Shown: piece by piece, positions 24,992-34,226 of the stretch
How positions within the stretch are numbered: position 1 is the stretch's first letter
How the letters are laid out: the number at the start of each line of letters is the position of its first letter
Source of the DNA: Myxococcota bacterium
GTDB taxonomy: Bacteria > Myxococcota_A > UBA796 > UBA2385
Direction of reading: 5' to 3'
Length of the DNA stretch: 64,000 bases
NCBI GenBank assembly: GCA_044344255.1
Contig: JBIJDH010000001.1
Location: 416,001-480,000 of the forward strand
The notes under the pieces: model-generated
Seen by the model: only the letters and a program-made list of their open reading frames with translations
Databases searched by the model: none
Told to the model about the DNA's origin: nothing
Translations under genes and position numbers: made by a program

Positions 24992-27298
24992 ATGTCGAGC
25001 CGCCCGTTGGTTCCCCCCTCTGCGGTCCCCCCGTGTGCGCTGAGCCCCGCCGCGAGCGCCCTCCGCCTGCTGGTCTCCGCCACGCTGCTCGGCGGCCTCT
25101 TGGGCGCGTCGGCGACGGCCTTCGCCCGAGAGCTCCCCTTCGCAGACAAGCTCGGCAGCGTCGGCACGATCGACATCAAGGACAAGGTGGAGGTGCCCCT
25201 CGTGCTCGACGGGGGCGGCCACCCGATCTCCGCGGTCGAGGTGGTGATCAACGGCAAGGCCGACAAGCCGACCGCCTTCTTCAACCTCGCCTCGTCACTG
25301 TCCATCATCACCGTCTCTGAAGACTTCGCCGAGACACACGGGCTCGAGGTCCAGACGGCCAACAAGAAGCTGATCGCGCCCCAGAGCTGGAAGCACAAGC
25401 GCCGGCTCTACGCGGAGGAGCTCGAGGGCACCCACTTCCGGGGCGGCTACAAGGTTCAGTACGTCGAGATCGAGAGCCTCACGATCGGCGGCCTCGTGTT
25501 GAAGGACGTCGTGGCTTTCGTGAACAACGACACCATCGACCTCTCCGAGCATGGTGACCTCACGATCGGCATGGGCGCCCTGCCCGGTGTCGCCTACGCC
25601 GTGCTCCCCTCTGAAGGGAAGGTCCAGTTCGCCCCCGCCGCGCAGGGCGCCGCGATGGTCGAGGCCCTCGGCGGCGGCAAGATCAAGTTCGCCGAGCGCG
25701 GCTGGGAGCTCGCCGAGTGGGGCCTCACGGGGCGACGGCTGCCCCTCCACGATCAGAAGCAGAAGGTCGTGCTCGGCGCTCGGACCCTGCTCATCCCCGT
25801 GGAGGTGGGCGGCCAGAAGCTCGTCGCCGCCTGGGAGACCGGCGCAGAGGGCGCCATGGTGACCCCGAACGAGCGCCTCGAGGGGACGGCTCGCCTCGAG
25901 AAGGGCGACCAGCGGAGCGTCTGGACGTCGGTGGCCCTCGAGGGGGTCCCCCAGACCCACGCCTGGATCCAGCCCGACGGCGCCTTCAACGTCCTCCCCG
26001 AAGCCGGCCTCAAGGGCACCCTCGGGGCCCCCTTCACGAGCGGCTACGACCTCGCGGTCGATCCCGTCGGCCACACCCTGGCCCTCCGCCCGGCCACCGC
26101 GCAGAAGCGCGTCGACCGGCGCCCCGAGACCCTCGCCGCCAAGCTCACGCAGGCCGCGGCGGCCGACAAGGAGGCCGCCGAGAAGGCCGCCAAGGACGGC
26201 AAGCCCGCCAAGCCTGCGGGCAAGGCCTGGGGCAAGGTCGCCGCCGCCCACGCCAACGTGGGCGACCAGAAGAGCGCCGCCGAGGCTCAGCAGAAGGTGA
26301 TCGCCGCCGACGACTCGAGCTGCGCCGCCTGGCAGAAGCTCGGCGGGTATCAGCAGGCCGCCGGTGACCTCGACGGCGCCCTCGCCTCGGTGACCAAGGC
26401 CGCCGAGCTGTACCACGCCTGGTGGGACCGCCCCTTCGAGGAGCGTCAGCGCCTGTCCAAGGCCCTCGGCAAGGCGGGGCCCGACCAGGACGTCCAGGAC
26501 GACAAGGGCGCGGTGGTGAAGTCCCAGCCCGCCTCTTGCCACACCGCGGATGGCGACCTCGCCGCGCTCCTCTCGGTGAAGGGCGACCTCGCCGCGGTCC
26601 AGAAGCTCTACACCGAGCGCCTCGACCTCGACCCCGGCCTCGCCGTCGCGGCGGGCTCGGCCCAGCTCGCCGCCGGCAAGACGGAGGCGGCGGTGGAGTC
26701 CTACCGTCAGGCGATGCGCCTCGAAGGGAAGCCCCGCGCGGGCGCCCGCCTCGGCCTCGGCCTCATCTACGCCGGTCGGGGCGACCTCGACACCGCCGCG
26801 CCCCTCTTCGCCAAGGCCCTCGAGGCCAACCCGAAGGACGCCCGCGCCCTCGACCTCTGGCTCGACAGCGTGAACCAGACGAAGGGCGCCGAGGCCGCCC
26901 GGGCCGCCGCCTCCGACTTCGCGCGCAGCCACCCCGACTACGCCACCGCCATCTACGGCCTCGCCCGCGAGGCCAAGCGCGCTGGGGACACCGACGCGCT
27001 GGGCAAGGTGCAGTCGAAGGGCGACACCTTCTTCAAGGCGGAGCTCGCCCTCACCCCCGCCGACACCGGGCTGCTGGCCGTCTACGCCCGCTACCTCGTG
27101 CTCACCGGCCGCCTCGACGAGGCCGACAAGGCCGTGGCGGCCGCCCTCCAGAGCGACTCCGGCTCCGCCGCCGCCTGGCTGGCCAAGGCCGAGCTCCTCC
27201 AGGCCCGCGGCGCCACCGAGGGCGTGCAGCAGGCCCTCGCCCGCGCCGCCCTCTCCTCGCCGACGCACCCCGGCTACGCGACGCTGAACAAGCGCTGA
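24992..27298 (+). CDS. Secreted protein with two retropepsin-like (aspartyl protease) lobes and C-terminal TPRs
   Basis: GGAG before ATG 24992; signal peptide; VVING...FFNLASS...TIGMG and VEVGG...AWETGAE...GTLGAPF; TPR-like helices. Confidence 0.65.
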   Translation: MSSRPLVPPSAVPPCALSPAASALRLLVSATLLGGLLGASATAFARELPFADKLGSVGTIDIKDKVEVPLVLDGGGHPISAVEVVINGKADKPTAFFNLASSLSIITVSEDFAETHGLEVQTANKKLIAPQSWKHKRRLYAEELEGTHFRGGYKVQYVEIESLTIGGLVLKDVVAFVNNDTIDLSEHGDLTIGMGALPGVAYAVLPSEGKVQFAPAAQGAAMVEALGGGKIKFAERGWELAEWGLTGRRLPLHDQKQKVVLGARTLLIPVEVGGQKLVAAWETGAEGAMVTPNERLEGTARLEKGDQRSVWTSVALEGVPQTHAWIQPDGAFNVLPEAGLKGTLGAPFTSGYDLAVDPVGHTLALRPATAQKRVDRRPETLAAKLTQAAAADKEAAEKAAKDGKPAKPAGKAWGKVAAAHANVGDQKSAAEAQQKVIAADDSSCAAWQKLGGYQQAAGDLDGALASVTKAAELYHAWWDRPFEERQRLSKALGKAGPDQDVQDDKGAVVKSQPASCHTADGDLAALLSVKGDLAAVQKLYTERLDLDPGLAVAAGSAQLAAGKTEAAVESYRQAMRLEGKPRAGARLGLGLIYAGRGDLDTAAPLFAKALEANPKDARALDLWLDSVNQTKGAEAARAAASDFARSHPDYATAIYGLAREAKRAGDTDALGKVQSKGDTFFKAELALTPADTGLLAVYARYLVLTGRLDEADKAVAAALQSDSGSAAAWLAKAELLQARGATEGVQQALARAALSSPTHPGYATLNKR

Positions 27299-27342
27299 TC
27301 CCGTGCTGAACAAGCGCTGATCCCGTGCTGAACAAGCGCTGA
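27283..27342. repeat. 22-bp tandem repeat (2.7 copies) spanning the stop codon of the TPR gene
   Basis: GCTGAACAAGCGCTGATCCCGT x2 plus GCTGAACAAGCGCTGA. Confidence 0.92.
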
Positions 27343-27543
27343 GGTCGTGGAGAGCTCGCGGAGAGCTCGCCCTCCGTCCTGGCCCGCGAGGCGCACCGGC
27401 GCCCGTGGGGGTTGGCGCGCCCGGGGCCGCGTCCGGGGCCGCGCCCGCGCGAGCGCGTCGGACACTCCCGGGTGGTTCCACGGTCGAGAATTCCGGCCCA
27501 CCCTACATCATCGACGCCGTGGCAACTTTCGAGGCCTCTTGCC

Positions 27544-27572
27544 TTGTCAATAGGGCAGCGGTTGGGTACGAT
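27544..27572 (+). promoter_or_regulatory. Sigma70-type promoter for ftsQ-ftsZ
   Basis: TTGTCA-17 bp-TACGAT in an otherwise very GC-rich intergenic region. Confidence 0.6.
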
Positions 27573-27709
27573 CGAGCCTCCTCTCCCCACATCCTTCGGC
27601 TTGGCGCCCGCTCACCGCTCCCCAGAGCACGCCACCCTGCCGAACCCGCCTCCCGCTCCCCGCCCGCTCGGGCAACCCTCCCCCCTCCCCTCCCCGCGCT
27701 GCCCCCTCC

Positions 27710-28675
27710 ATGCTGACTCCGCTCCGTTCATCGGACGACCGTCCGGTCGACCTCTGGGATCGTGCGCGCACTGTGCTCGCCGCGGGTCTCGGCGGTGGGC
27801 TCGTGACGACGGCGCTCGGGCTCGGGGTGGTGCACGTGCTGGAGAACGAGTCCTGGGAGGTCCATCGCATCACGATCTCCGGCAACCAGCACGCCAGCGA
27901 CATCGAGCTCCGCCACCTCGCAGACGTCCACGCCGGCGCGCATCTGTTCTCGGTCGACCTCACGCACGCCGTGGCGAACATGGAGCGTCACCCCTGGGTG
28001 AGGTCGGCCGAGGCCCGCCGCGGCTTCCCCGGCTCCGTCGAGCTCATCGTCGAGGAGTACCACCCCGAGCTGCTGCTCGCCCTCAACGGCCTCTGGTACG
28101 TGGACAGTGAGGGCCGCCCCTTCAAGCGCGCCCTCTCGGACGACCTCGACTACCCCGTGCTCACCGGGATTGACCCCGACCTCGCGCAGGCCCGCCCCGA
28201 GCTCGCCGCCGCCATCGTCGCCGGGGCCCTCCGCGTCCTCGCCGCCACCTCCGACCACCCGAGCATGGGCCGGGCCCGGACGAGCGAGGTCCACTTTGAC
28301 CCCCGCATCGGCTTCATCCTGGTGCTCCGGAACGGCACCGAGCTCGTGCTCGGCTTCTCCGCCCCCGCCGAGCCCTTGGCGCGCCTCGACCGCCTCGTCA
28401 CCGCCGGCCTGAACCTCGACAAGCCCCAGCGCATCGACCTCGACGGCGAGAACGTGGCCATCGCCAGCCCCCTCCGCGACTTCCGGGCGCCGCCGCCGCC
28501 CCCGCCCGAGCCTGCCGAGCTCGCCGCTGGCGATCTGTCTGGCGCCCTCGTGCTCGACCCCGCGAACCCGACCAACCCCGCCGTGCCCCCCGTCATCGCC
28601 ACCCCGCGGTCGGTGAAGGGAGCGCCCGTGGCCGTGCAGGTCGTGGCCCCCGCGCGCAGCCCCCTCCTCCAGTGA
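27710..28675 (+). CDS. ftsQ: Cell division protein FtsQ/DivIB
   Basis: Single TM, POTRA domain (ITISGNQH...LFSVDL...HPWVRSAEARRGFPGSVELIVEE), YVDSEG, YPVLTG, RIDL; upstream of ftsZ. Confidence 0.88.
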   Translation: MLTPLRSSDDRPVDLWDRARTVLAAGLGGGLVTTALGLGVVHVLENESWEVHRITISGNQHASDIELRHLADVHAGAHLFSVDLTHAVANMERHPWVRSAEARRGFPGSVELIVEEYHPELLLALNGLWYVDSEGRPFKRALSDDLDYPVLTGIDPDLAQARPELAAAIVAGALRVLAATSDHPSMGRARTSEVHFDPRIGFILVLRNGTELVLGFSAPAEPLARLDRLVTAGLNLDKPQRIDLDGENVAIASPLRDFRAPPPPPPEPAELAAGDLSGALVLDPANPTNPAVPPVIATPRSVKGAPVAVQVVAPARSPLLQ

Positions 28676-28771
28676 CGCCCCCCGCGGCGCCTCGCGCGCC
28701 GGCCCTGGCTCCCCTCGATTCTTTTGGTTCTTCACAGACTCTCTTCCGTACATTCCCTTCAGGAGCAGCAG

Positions 28772-29917
28772 ATGAGCAGCAAGATGCATCTCGACTTTGT
28801 GCATGAGGACGTGCACAGGGCGCAGATCCGCGTCATCGGCGTGGGCGGCGGCGGCGGCAACGCCGTCAACAACATGATCCAGGGCGGCATGACCGGGGTC
28901 GAGTTCATCACGGTGAACACCGACGCCCAAGACCTCGACCGCTCGCTCGCCCCTCGCCGCTTCCAGCTCGGCTCGATGCTCACCAAGGGCCTCGGCGCGG
29001 GCGCGAACCCGGAGATCGGCCGCGAGGCTGCCCTCGAGGACCGTGACCGCCTCGCCGAGCTCGTCGCCGGCGCCGACATGGTCTTCATCACCGCCGGCAT
29101 GGGCGGCGGCACCGGCACCGGCGCCGCCCCCGTCATCGCCCAGGTCGCCAAGGAGCTCGGCGCCCTCACCGTCGCCGTGGTCACCCGCCCCTTCGGCTTC
29201 GAGGGTCGCCGCCGCCGCAAGCAGGCCGAGGAGGGCATCGAGAACCTCCGCCAGACGGTCGACACGCTGATCACCATCCCGAATCAGCGCCTCATCAGCA
29301 TGGCCACCGAGCGCACCACCATGAAGGAGGCCTTCCAGATGGCCGACCAGGTGCTCTTCCAGGCGTGTAAGGGCGTGAGCGACCTCATCAACTTCCAGGG
29401 CATCGTCAACGTCGACTTCGCCGACGTCCGCACCATCATGTCCAACAAGGGCCTCGCGCTCATGGGCGTGGGCATGGGCCAGGGGCAGCACAAGACGGTG
29501 GAGGCGGCTCAGAAGGCCATCTCCTCGCCGCTGCTCGACGACGTCAGCATCGCCGGCGCCACCAGCGTCCTCATCAACATCACGGGCAACTCCGAGCTCA
29601 CGATGTTCGAGGTCCACGAGGCCAGCACGATGATCCAGGAAGAGGCTCACGAAGACGCCAACGTCATCTGGGGCTGGGTCATCGACGAGACCATGAAGGA
29701 CGAGGCCCGCGTCACGGTCATCGCCACCGGCTTCGAAGAGGCCTGGCTCGCCGCCACCCCCGACGTCGAGGTGCGGGTCCAGAAGGCGATGCGCGTCGGC
29801 GAGCGGCGCCCGAACGGCCCCTACCGCCCCTCCGAGGGTCGCTCCGGCGGCTCGATGGTCTCGGGCCTCAACCCCGATGACTACGACATCCCGACCTTCT
29901 TCAAGAACGCCGACTGA
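28772..29917 (+). CDS. ftsZ: Cell division protein FtsZ
   Basis: [24 protein letters not shown] signature, NVDFADV, C-terminal DIPTFF; AGGAG before ATG 28772. Confidence 0.98.
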   Translation: MSSKMHLDFVHEDVHRAQIRVIGVGGGGGNAVNNMIQGGMTGVEFITVNTDAQDLDRSLAPRRFQLGSMLTKGLGAGANPEIGREAALEDRDRLAELVAGADMVFITAGMGGGTGTGAAPVIAQVAKELGALTVAVVTRPFGFEGRRRRKQAEEGIENLRQTVDTLITIPNQRLISMATERTTMKEAFQMADQVLFQACKGVSDLINFQGIVNVDFADVRTIMSNKGLALMGVGMGQGQHKTVEAAQKAISSPLLDDVSIAGATSVLINITGNSELTMFEVHEASTMIQEEAHEDANVIWGWVIDETMKDEARVTVIATGFEEAWLAATPDVEVRVQKAMRVGERRPNGPYRPSEGRSGGSMVSGLNPDDYDIPTFFKNAD

Positions 29918-29939
29918 GCTCCCCAGACGCCGACCGAGC
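29907..29939. repeat. Imperfect duplication (period 20) of the ftsZ stop region
   Basis: ACGCCGACTGAGC and ACGCCGACCGAGC (12 of 13 identical). Confidence 0.5.
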
Positions 29940-29964
29940 GGTCGGCCACGGGAGGCAACACGCG

Positions 29965-29991
29965 GGGCGGAGGGGCACACCCTCCGCCCTT
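29965..29991 (+). terminator. GC hairpin after ftsZ
   Basis: GGGCGGAGGG-GCACA-CCCTCCGCCC followed by TT. Confidence 0.55.
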
Positions 29992-30026
29992 CGTCGTGGG
30001 GGCTCCCTCCAACCCCCGCGCGCCCC

Positions 30027-30077
30027 GCCTCGTCAGCGCGGCAGCATCGTCAGCGCGACAGCCTCGTCAGCGCGGCA
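30027..30077. repeat. 17-bp tandem repeat x3 spanning the stop codon of the dienelactone hydrolase gene
   Basis: GCCTCGTCAGCGCGGCA / GCATCGTCAGCGCGACA / GCCTCGTCAGCGCGGCA; stop at 30067-30069. Confidence 0.88.
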
Positions 30078-30810
30078 GGGTCTCACCGAAGAGCGCGAGC
30101 AGGCGCTCCCAGTGGCGCTCGGCGGCGGCCGGATCGTAGACCGCCGAGTCCGGCACCGCGAAGCCGTGGAGGGCCCCCGGGTAGCGCTCGATCTCCGCCC
30201 TCACGCTCGCCCCGCGCAGCGCCGCGTCGAGCTGCTCGACGTCGGCCTCGGTGCAGCTCGCGTCCCGATCGGCGACGGCGAAGTAGCAGCGAGCCCGGAT
30301 GGCCGGGGCGCCGAGGTGGGGGCTCGAGGGGTCGGGCCGCACGAGCCCGCCGCCGTGGATCGAGGCCATGGCCGCCGCCCGCTCCCCCAGCCGCGCCGCC
30401 AGGAAGAGGGCCTGCCGCCCGCCCATGCAGTAGCCCACGATCCCCACCGGGCCGGCGCGGAGCCGCGTGTCACCGGCGAGGGCGTCGAGCAGGGACACGA
30501 CGTCATCCCCCACCGAGGGCGGCTGCACCGCGTTCATCAGCGCGAAGATCCGCGCCCGCTCGGGCGCGTCGCTGAAGGTGGTGGCCGCGTCGAAGGGGGC
30601 GAAGGGCCCCGAGCGCCAGTACAGGTTCGGCTGCACCACCGCGTAGCCGGCCGCCACGAGCCGCTCCGCCATCCCGTCGAGCGCGGGGCGGAGGCCGAAG
30701 GCGTCCATCAGGGAGACGACCACCGGCCAGGGGCCAGCGCCCTCGGGGAGAAAACGACGGGCCTCTGCCAGGCCGTCAGCGGTCGGGTAACGAATGAGCG
30801 AAGCGGGCAT
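30067..30810 (-). CDS. Dienelactone hydrolase family protein
   Basis: MDAFGLR, GYCMGG nucleophile motif, YPGALHGFA. Confidence 0.93.
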   Translation of the reverse strand: MPASLIRYPTADGLAEARRFLPEGAGPWPVVVSLMDAFGLRPALDGMAERLVAAGYAVVQPNLYWRSGPFAPFDAATTFSDAPERARIFALMNAVQPPSVGDDVVSLLDALAGDTRLRAGPVGIVGYCMGGRQALFLAARLGERAAAMASIHGGGLVRPDPSSPHLGAPAIRARCYFAVADRDASCTEADVEQLDAALRGASVRAEIERYPGALHGFAVPDSAVYDPAAAERHWERLLALFGETLPR

Positions 30811-31312
30811 GAGACCTCCAGGCGCGCCAGGATAGCCCGGCCCGACGCCGCCGCGCCCGCCCCACGGCGGCGTTCAGAGCACGTTCAGCTCGGCGAAGGC
30901 GGTGAAGCGCCCCTCCCCGCGCACCGGCTCCATCGGCCGGGTGGCGTCCTCCACCACCACCGGCCGGGCCGGCCCGGCCAGGCCCCGCAGCTCGCCGGGG
31001 GTGAGGAAGGCCGATGCGCCCTGCGCCTCAATCCGACGGAGGGCCTCACCGAAGGCTTTGCGCAGGTCGGGGGCGGGCAGGCGGGGCATGGGTTTCCCAG
31101 GGGTCCGGAGGGAGGGGCGAGGGCTCGTCAGCGTCCCCTCTCATAGACCTGCGGCGGGCCTCGTGCCCGCCGGCGGCGCTTTCAGCGGCTTTCAGTAGTC
31201 TTCAGGCGCCCTCGATGCGCGACTTCGGGGACACACGGGGGGACATCGGGGCTCGGAGCCGTGATGGGGCCGCTGGCTTACCAAGCGCCGCTCGACGTGA
31301 TCAAGAAGGAGC

Positions 31313-31960
31313 ATGAACGACGCCCGACTGTTGAAGCTGCTCCAGGCGCTGCTCTCCACCCCCGAGCCCATTGCCGGTACACCTCCCCGTGCAGGTCCCT
31401 CCGCGCGAACGATCGCGAGAGAGGCGCTCACGGCGGCCATGCTCGAGGACGGACAAGAATTAGTGGTCCGGGAGCACCTCCCCCCACAAGAGGAGCCGGA
31501 GGTGGCGAGGGACGCGACGCTCGCGATCCTTCGTACAATCGACGCAGGAGCTCTACAATCCCCTGCGGCCATCGGCGGGGTCCTCCGCAAGGCGATCAGA
31601 CGCGGAGCGATCAACGCCCGACGCGACCGGGGCTGGCTCTTCTGGGAGCAGACAGTCGGGACACACCTCGGCGGAGAGGCGCGCGACCCTCTCGACGACA
31701 TCGCCACGCAGGAGCCCGCGACAGACCGCGCCGCACACCTCCCTGACCTGGGGGCGGTCATTCTGTGCTACCCCACGATGCCCGAGAATTACCGCCGCGC
31801 GCTCCGACGCTGGTACGCCGAGCAGGAAGCGGACGAGCGCTTACCCTCGATCGAGGAGGAGGTCCTCACCGAGGTGGTCCGGGAACGAAGGCCCCTCGAG
31901 ATCGCCCGCACCCCCGCCGCGGTGATCGAAGGGGAGGTGGCCCGTCGGGTGGCCCCGCCG
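31313..31960 (+). pseudogene. Degenerate ECF-sigma-like or helical DNA-binding protein
   Basis: AAGGAG RBS; region-2-like LRKAIRRGAINARR and region-4-like MPENYRRAL; sequence becomes non-protein-like after about 31950. Confidence 0.35.
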
Positions 31961-32149
31961 CCTCGCTGGCTGCCCCTTCGACCACCTGCGCTTTACCGTC
32001 GCACTGCCCTTCGCCGGCCCCGCCGAGGTCGACGGCCCCTCCCTCGCGCTGCCCGCCGCCCTCGCCCTCCTCTCCCTGTGGACCGGGAAGACGGTCGCCA
32101 GCGGCCTCGTCGCCAGCGACGATCTGAGCGCAGATAGGCGCGTCGCCAG

Positions 32150-32586
32150 CGCGGCCGCCTCGCCGAGGCGCTGGGGGCCGCGGTCGTGCTGTACACCTTC
32201 GCCGCTGACACCCACGGCGTGGAGCGGACCCGGGCCGCGCCCGCCTCCACCAGGGCCGCGCCGCCGGCAAGCTCGACCAGGCCGACGAGGCGCTCGACCA
32301 GACCGCCGCCGACCTCGAGGCCCACCACGGGCCCACCGCCATCGTGGCGGATCAGGCCGACGGGGAGAGCACCCAGGCCTTCTGGCTCTACGAGCGGGCC
32401 CGCCTCGGCCTCCTCCGCGTCCTCGCCTGGGCCGATCGGGGCCTGGGCAAGCCCTACCTCGCAAAAGACGCCACCGCCGAGGCGGCCCTCCTCGCCGAGA
32501 AGGCGCAGGGCGACTTCCGCGCGATCTTCGACCGCATCGCCGAGGGGGCCAAAGGCCCCTACCGCGCCGACGGCGAGGTCTATTAG
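32150..32586 (+). pseudogene. Frameshifted helical (TPR-like) gene fragment
   Basis: RLAEALGAAVVLYTFAADTHGVER in one frame continues as GKLDQADEALDQ...AFWLYERARLGLL...GEVY* in another. Confidence 0.4.
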
Positions 32587-32631
32587 CGGGCCGACCAGAC
32601 TCCCGCCTATCCCTATTTATAAGCAGCTAAT

Positions 32632-32664
32632 TCAAGCAATTTTCACTGGGTGAAAATTGTTTGA
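32632..32664. promoter_or_regulatory. AT-rich 15-bp inverted repeat
   Basis: TCAAGCAATTTTCAC-TGG-GTGAAAATTGTTTGA (one G-T mismatch) within a strongly AT-rich patch. Confidence 0.6.
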
Positions 32665-32914
32665 GAGGCCTGCGCCTTGCCGACGCCCGCCCTCCCGCAG
32701 TACTTCAAACGGCAGCGGGCCGACCTCGGATTCATCGCAGCCCAAGCCGATCGAAGGGACAGGGTCTCTTCCCCTCCCCTCCCCCCGCCAGCTCCTCCCA
32801 CCTGCTCCTCCCCTGCCGCTCCTGCAGCGGGCGGAGCGCGGCCACTCCTTATGTCCGGGCGTCCCCTTGTCCCACCCGAGCGCACGAGCACTGCCGGTCC
32901 CTCGCCCAAGGGGC

Positions 32915-33185
32915 TCCCTGCTCCTCCCGCGGCAGGGGCCCAGCCAGGATTCCATCGCCTCGGCGTGGCGCTGTCAGGACCTCTGGTTTGACTCCTGGCG
33001 GCTCTCGGAGCTCGTCCGGGTGGCCGCCGCGCACACTCCGGCCCTGGGCGCCGCGCTCAACACCTCCGATTCGGGCTGCCGGGACATCGTCGCACGTCAT
33101 GAGGGTTCGCTCGTGTTCGCTGACGGCGACGATGTCCTGGCGCCTTTACCCCTGTACGGAGCGCTCGACCGCGCCCGCTGCTCCC
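32915..33185 (+). pseudogene. cas10: Collapsed type III-B Cas10 (Cmr2) relic
   Basis: GPSQDSIASAWRCQDLWFDSWRLSELVRVAA resembles the Cmr2 N-terminus (GPVQxFIxxARxxxDLWxGSxLLS); joined directly to IVARHEGSLVFADGDDVLAPLP, resembling Palm2 (GxLVYAGGDDVLA). Confidence 0.7.
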
Positions 33186-33240
33186 CGGGGCGCGGGTCGC
33201 CGATGTGGAGACCGCTCCGACACGAACCCAGGAGGGCGCG

Positions 33241-34197
33241 ATGATCTGGCTCCAGACCCGGGTCGAGCTCCTCACCAACCCCTACGAGGTCTTCGGGGAC
33301 CTCGACCGCGCGAACGCCCGCCAGCTCCTGGAGCAGGGGCGGTACGGCGCCGCCGCCCGGGCCTGGCAGGAGCTCGCCAACAAGACCGGTCGGCACGCCG
33401 ATCGTTGGCGCGCCGCCCTGTCTACCGGCCTCGACCAGGCCGACCGGATCAACCTCCGCGGCGCGGCGGAGACCCTGTGTGAGCTTCACCGAACCATCCA
33501 CCGCGACCGCCGCCACGATGGGCTGCTCGCCGCCGATCCCCTGGCCTCGGAGGTCTCCCTCTCCTGGCTCCCCGCGCGCGCGGTGGGCCTCGAGGCCGTG
33601 CTGGAGATCGACGGCAGCGCCGACCCCACCCGACAGACCGAGCAGCTCCTCAAGCCCGGCTTCCTCGACTTCATCGAGATGATGATCCGCTTGGCCGAGC
33701 GGCGAGATCAGGACGGCGAGCACGACCTCGGCTCCCTCTTCGCCTATCGCGCCCTGGAGGCGATCCCACAGCGCCGGCTCGCCCGCCTCGGCTTCGAGGT
33801 AGACCGCTTCGACTGGGCCGAGCTGTATCGGCGCGCCGGGGCCACCGATGATCGCGCGCGCGCCGCCCTCGTGGCGAGGCTCTTCCCCAAGACCGACATC
33901 ACGCCGGACCACGGCCTCCGGCCCACCGTAGACCGCGGGGTCGGCCTGAGCGTCCTCGCCTTTGGGCTCCGCGATCCGCTCGTGCCCGAGGCTGAGCTCC
34001 AGAAGCTGATCGGCCTCGGGAAGGCCCGAAACGCCAGCATCCTGGCCCACGGCATCCGGCAGATCCAGCCCAAGGACAGCCAAAGCCTGCTCCGGGAGAC
34101 CCGCGCGCTCTTCTCCCGGCTCCTCGAGCTCGAGGGGCTCTCCTCGGTCGAGCGCGCCGCCCTCACCCACCGCCACTCCCCGCCACCCGCGCTCTGA
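33241..34197 (+). CDS. C-terminal (helical plus HEPN) part of a TIGR02710-like CRISPR-associated effector; CARF domain apparently missing
   Basis: NPYEVFGD, YRALEAIPQRRL, RNASILAHG (HEPN Rx6H); GGAGG 5 nt before ATG 33241. Confidence 0.68.
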   Translation: MIWLQTRVELLTNPYEVFGDLDRANARQLLEQGRYGAAARAWQELANKTGRHADRWRAALSTGLDQADRINLRGAAETLCELHRTIHRDRRHDGLLAADPLASEVSLSWLPARAVGLEAVLEIDGSADPTRQTEQLLKPGFLDFIEMMIRLAERRDQDGEHDLGSLFAYRALEAIPQRRLARLGFEVDRFDWAELYRRAGATDDRARAALVARLFPKTDITPDHGLRPTVDRGVGLSVLAFGLRDPLVPEAELQKLIGLGKARNASILAHGIRQIQPKDSQSLLRETRALFSRLLELEGLSSVERAALTHRHSPPPAL

Positions 34198-34226
34198 GCC
34201 GAGCCGGAGGGCGAGGCTCGCCGGCC

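Noticed and set aside
30874..31089. 71-aa ORF containing VVVEDATRP, reminiscent of a nicotinamidase C-terminus
   Set aside because: Too short and weak to assign; treated as a fragment within the decayed region
32734..32766. ATCGCAGCCCAAGCCGATCGAAGGGACAGGGTC as a degenerate CRISPR repeat near the cas10 relic
   Set aside because: Single copy, only loose resemblance; needs comparison with real arrays from this genome
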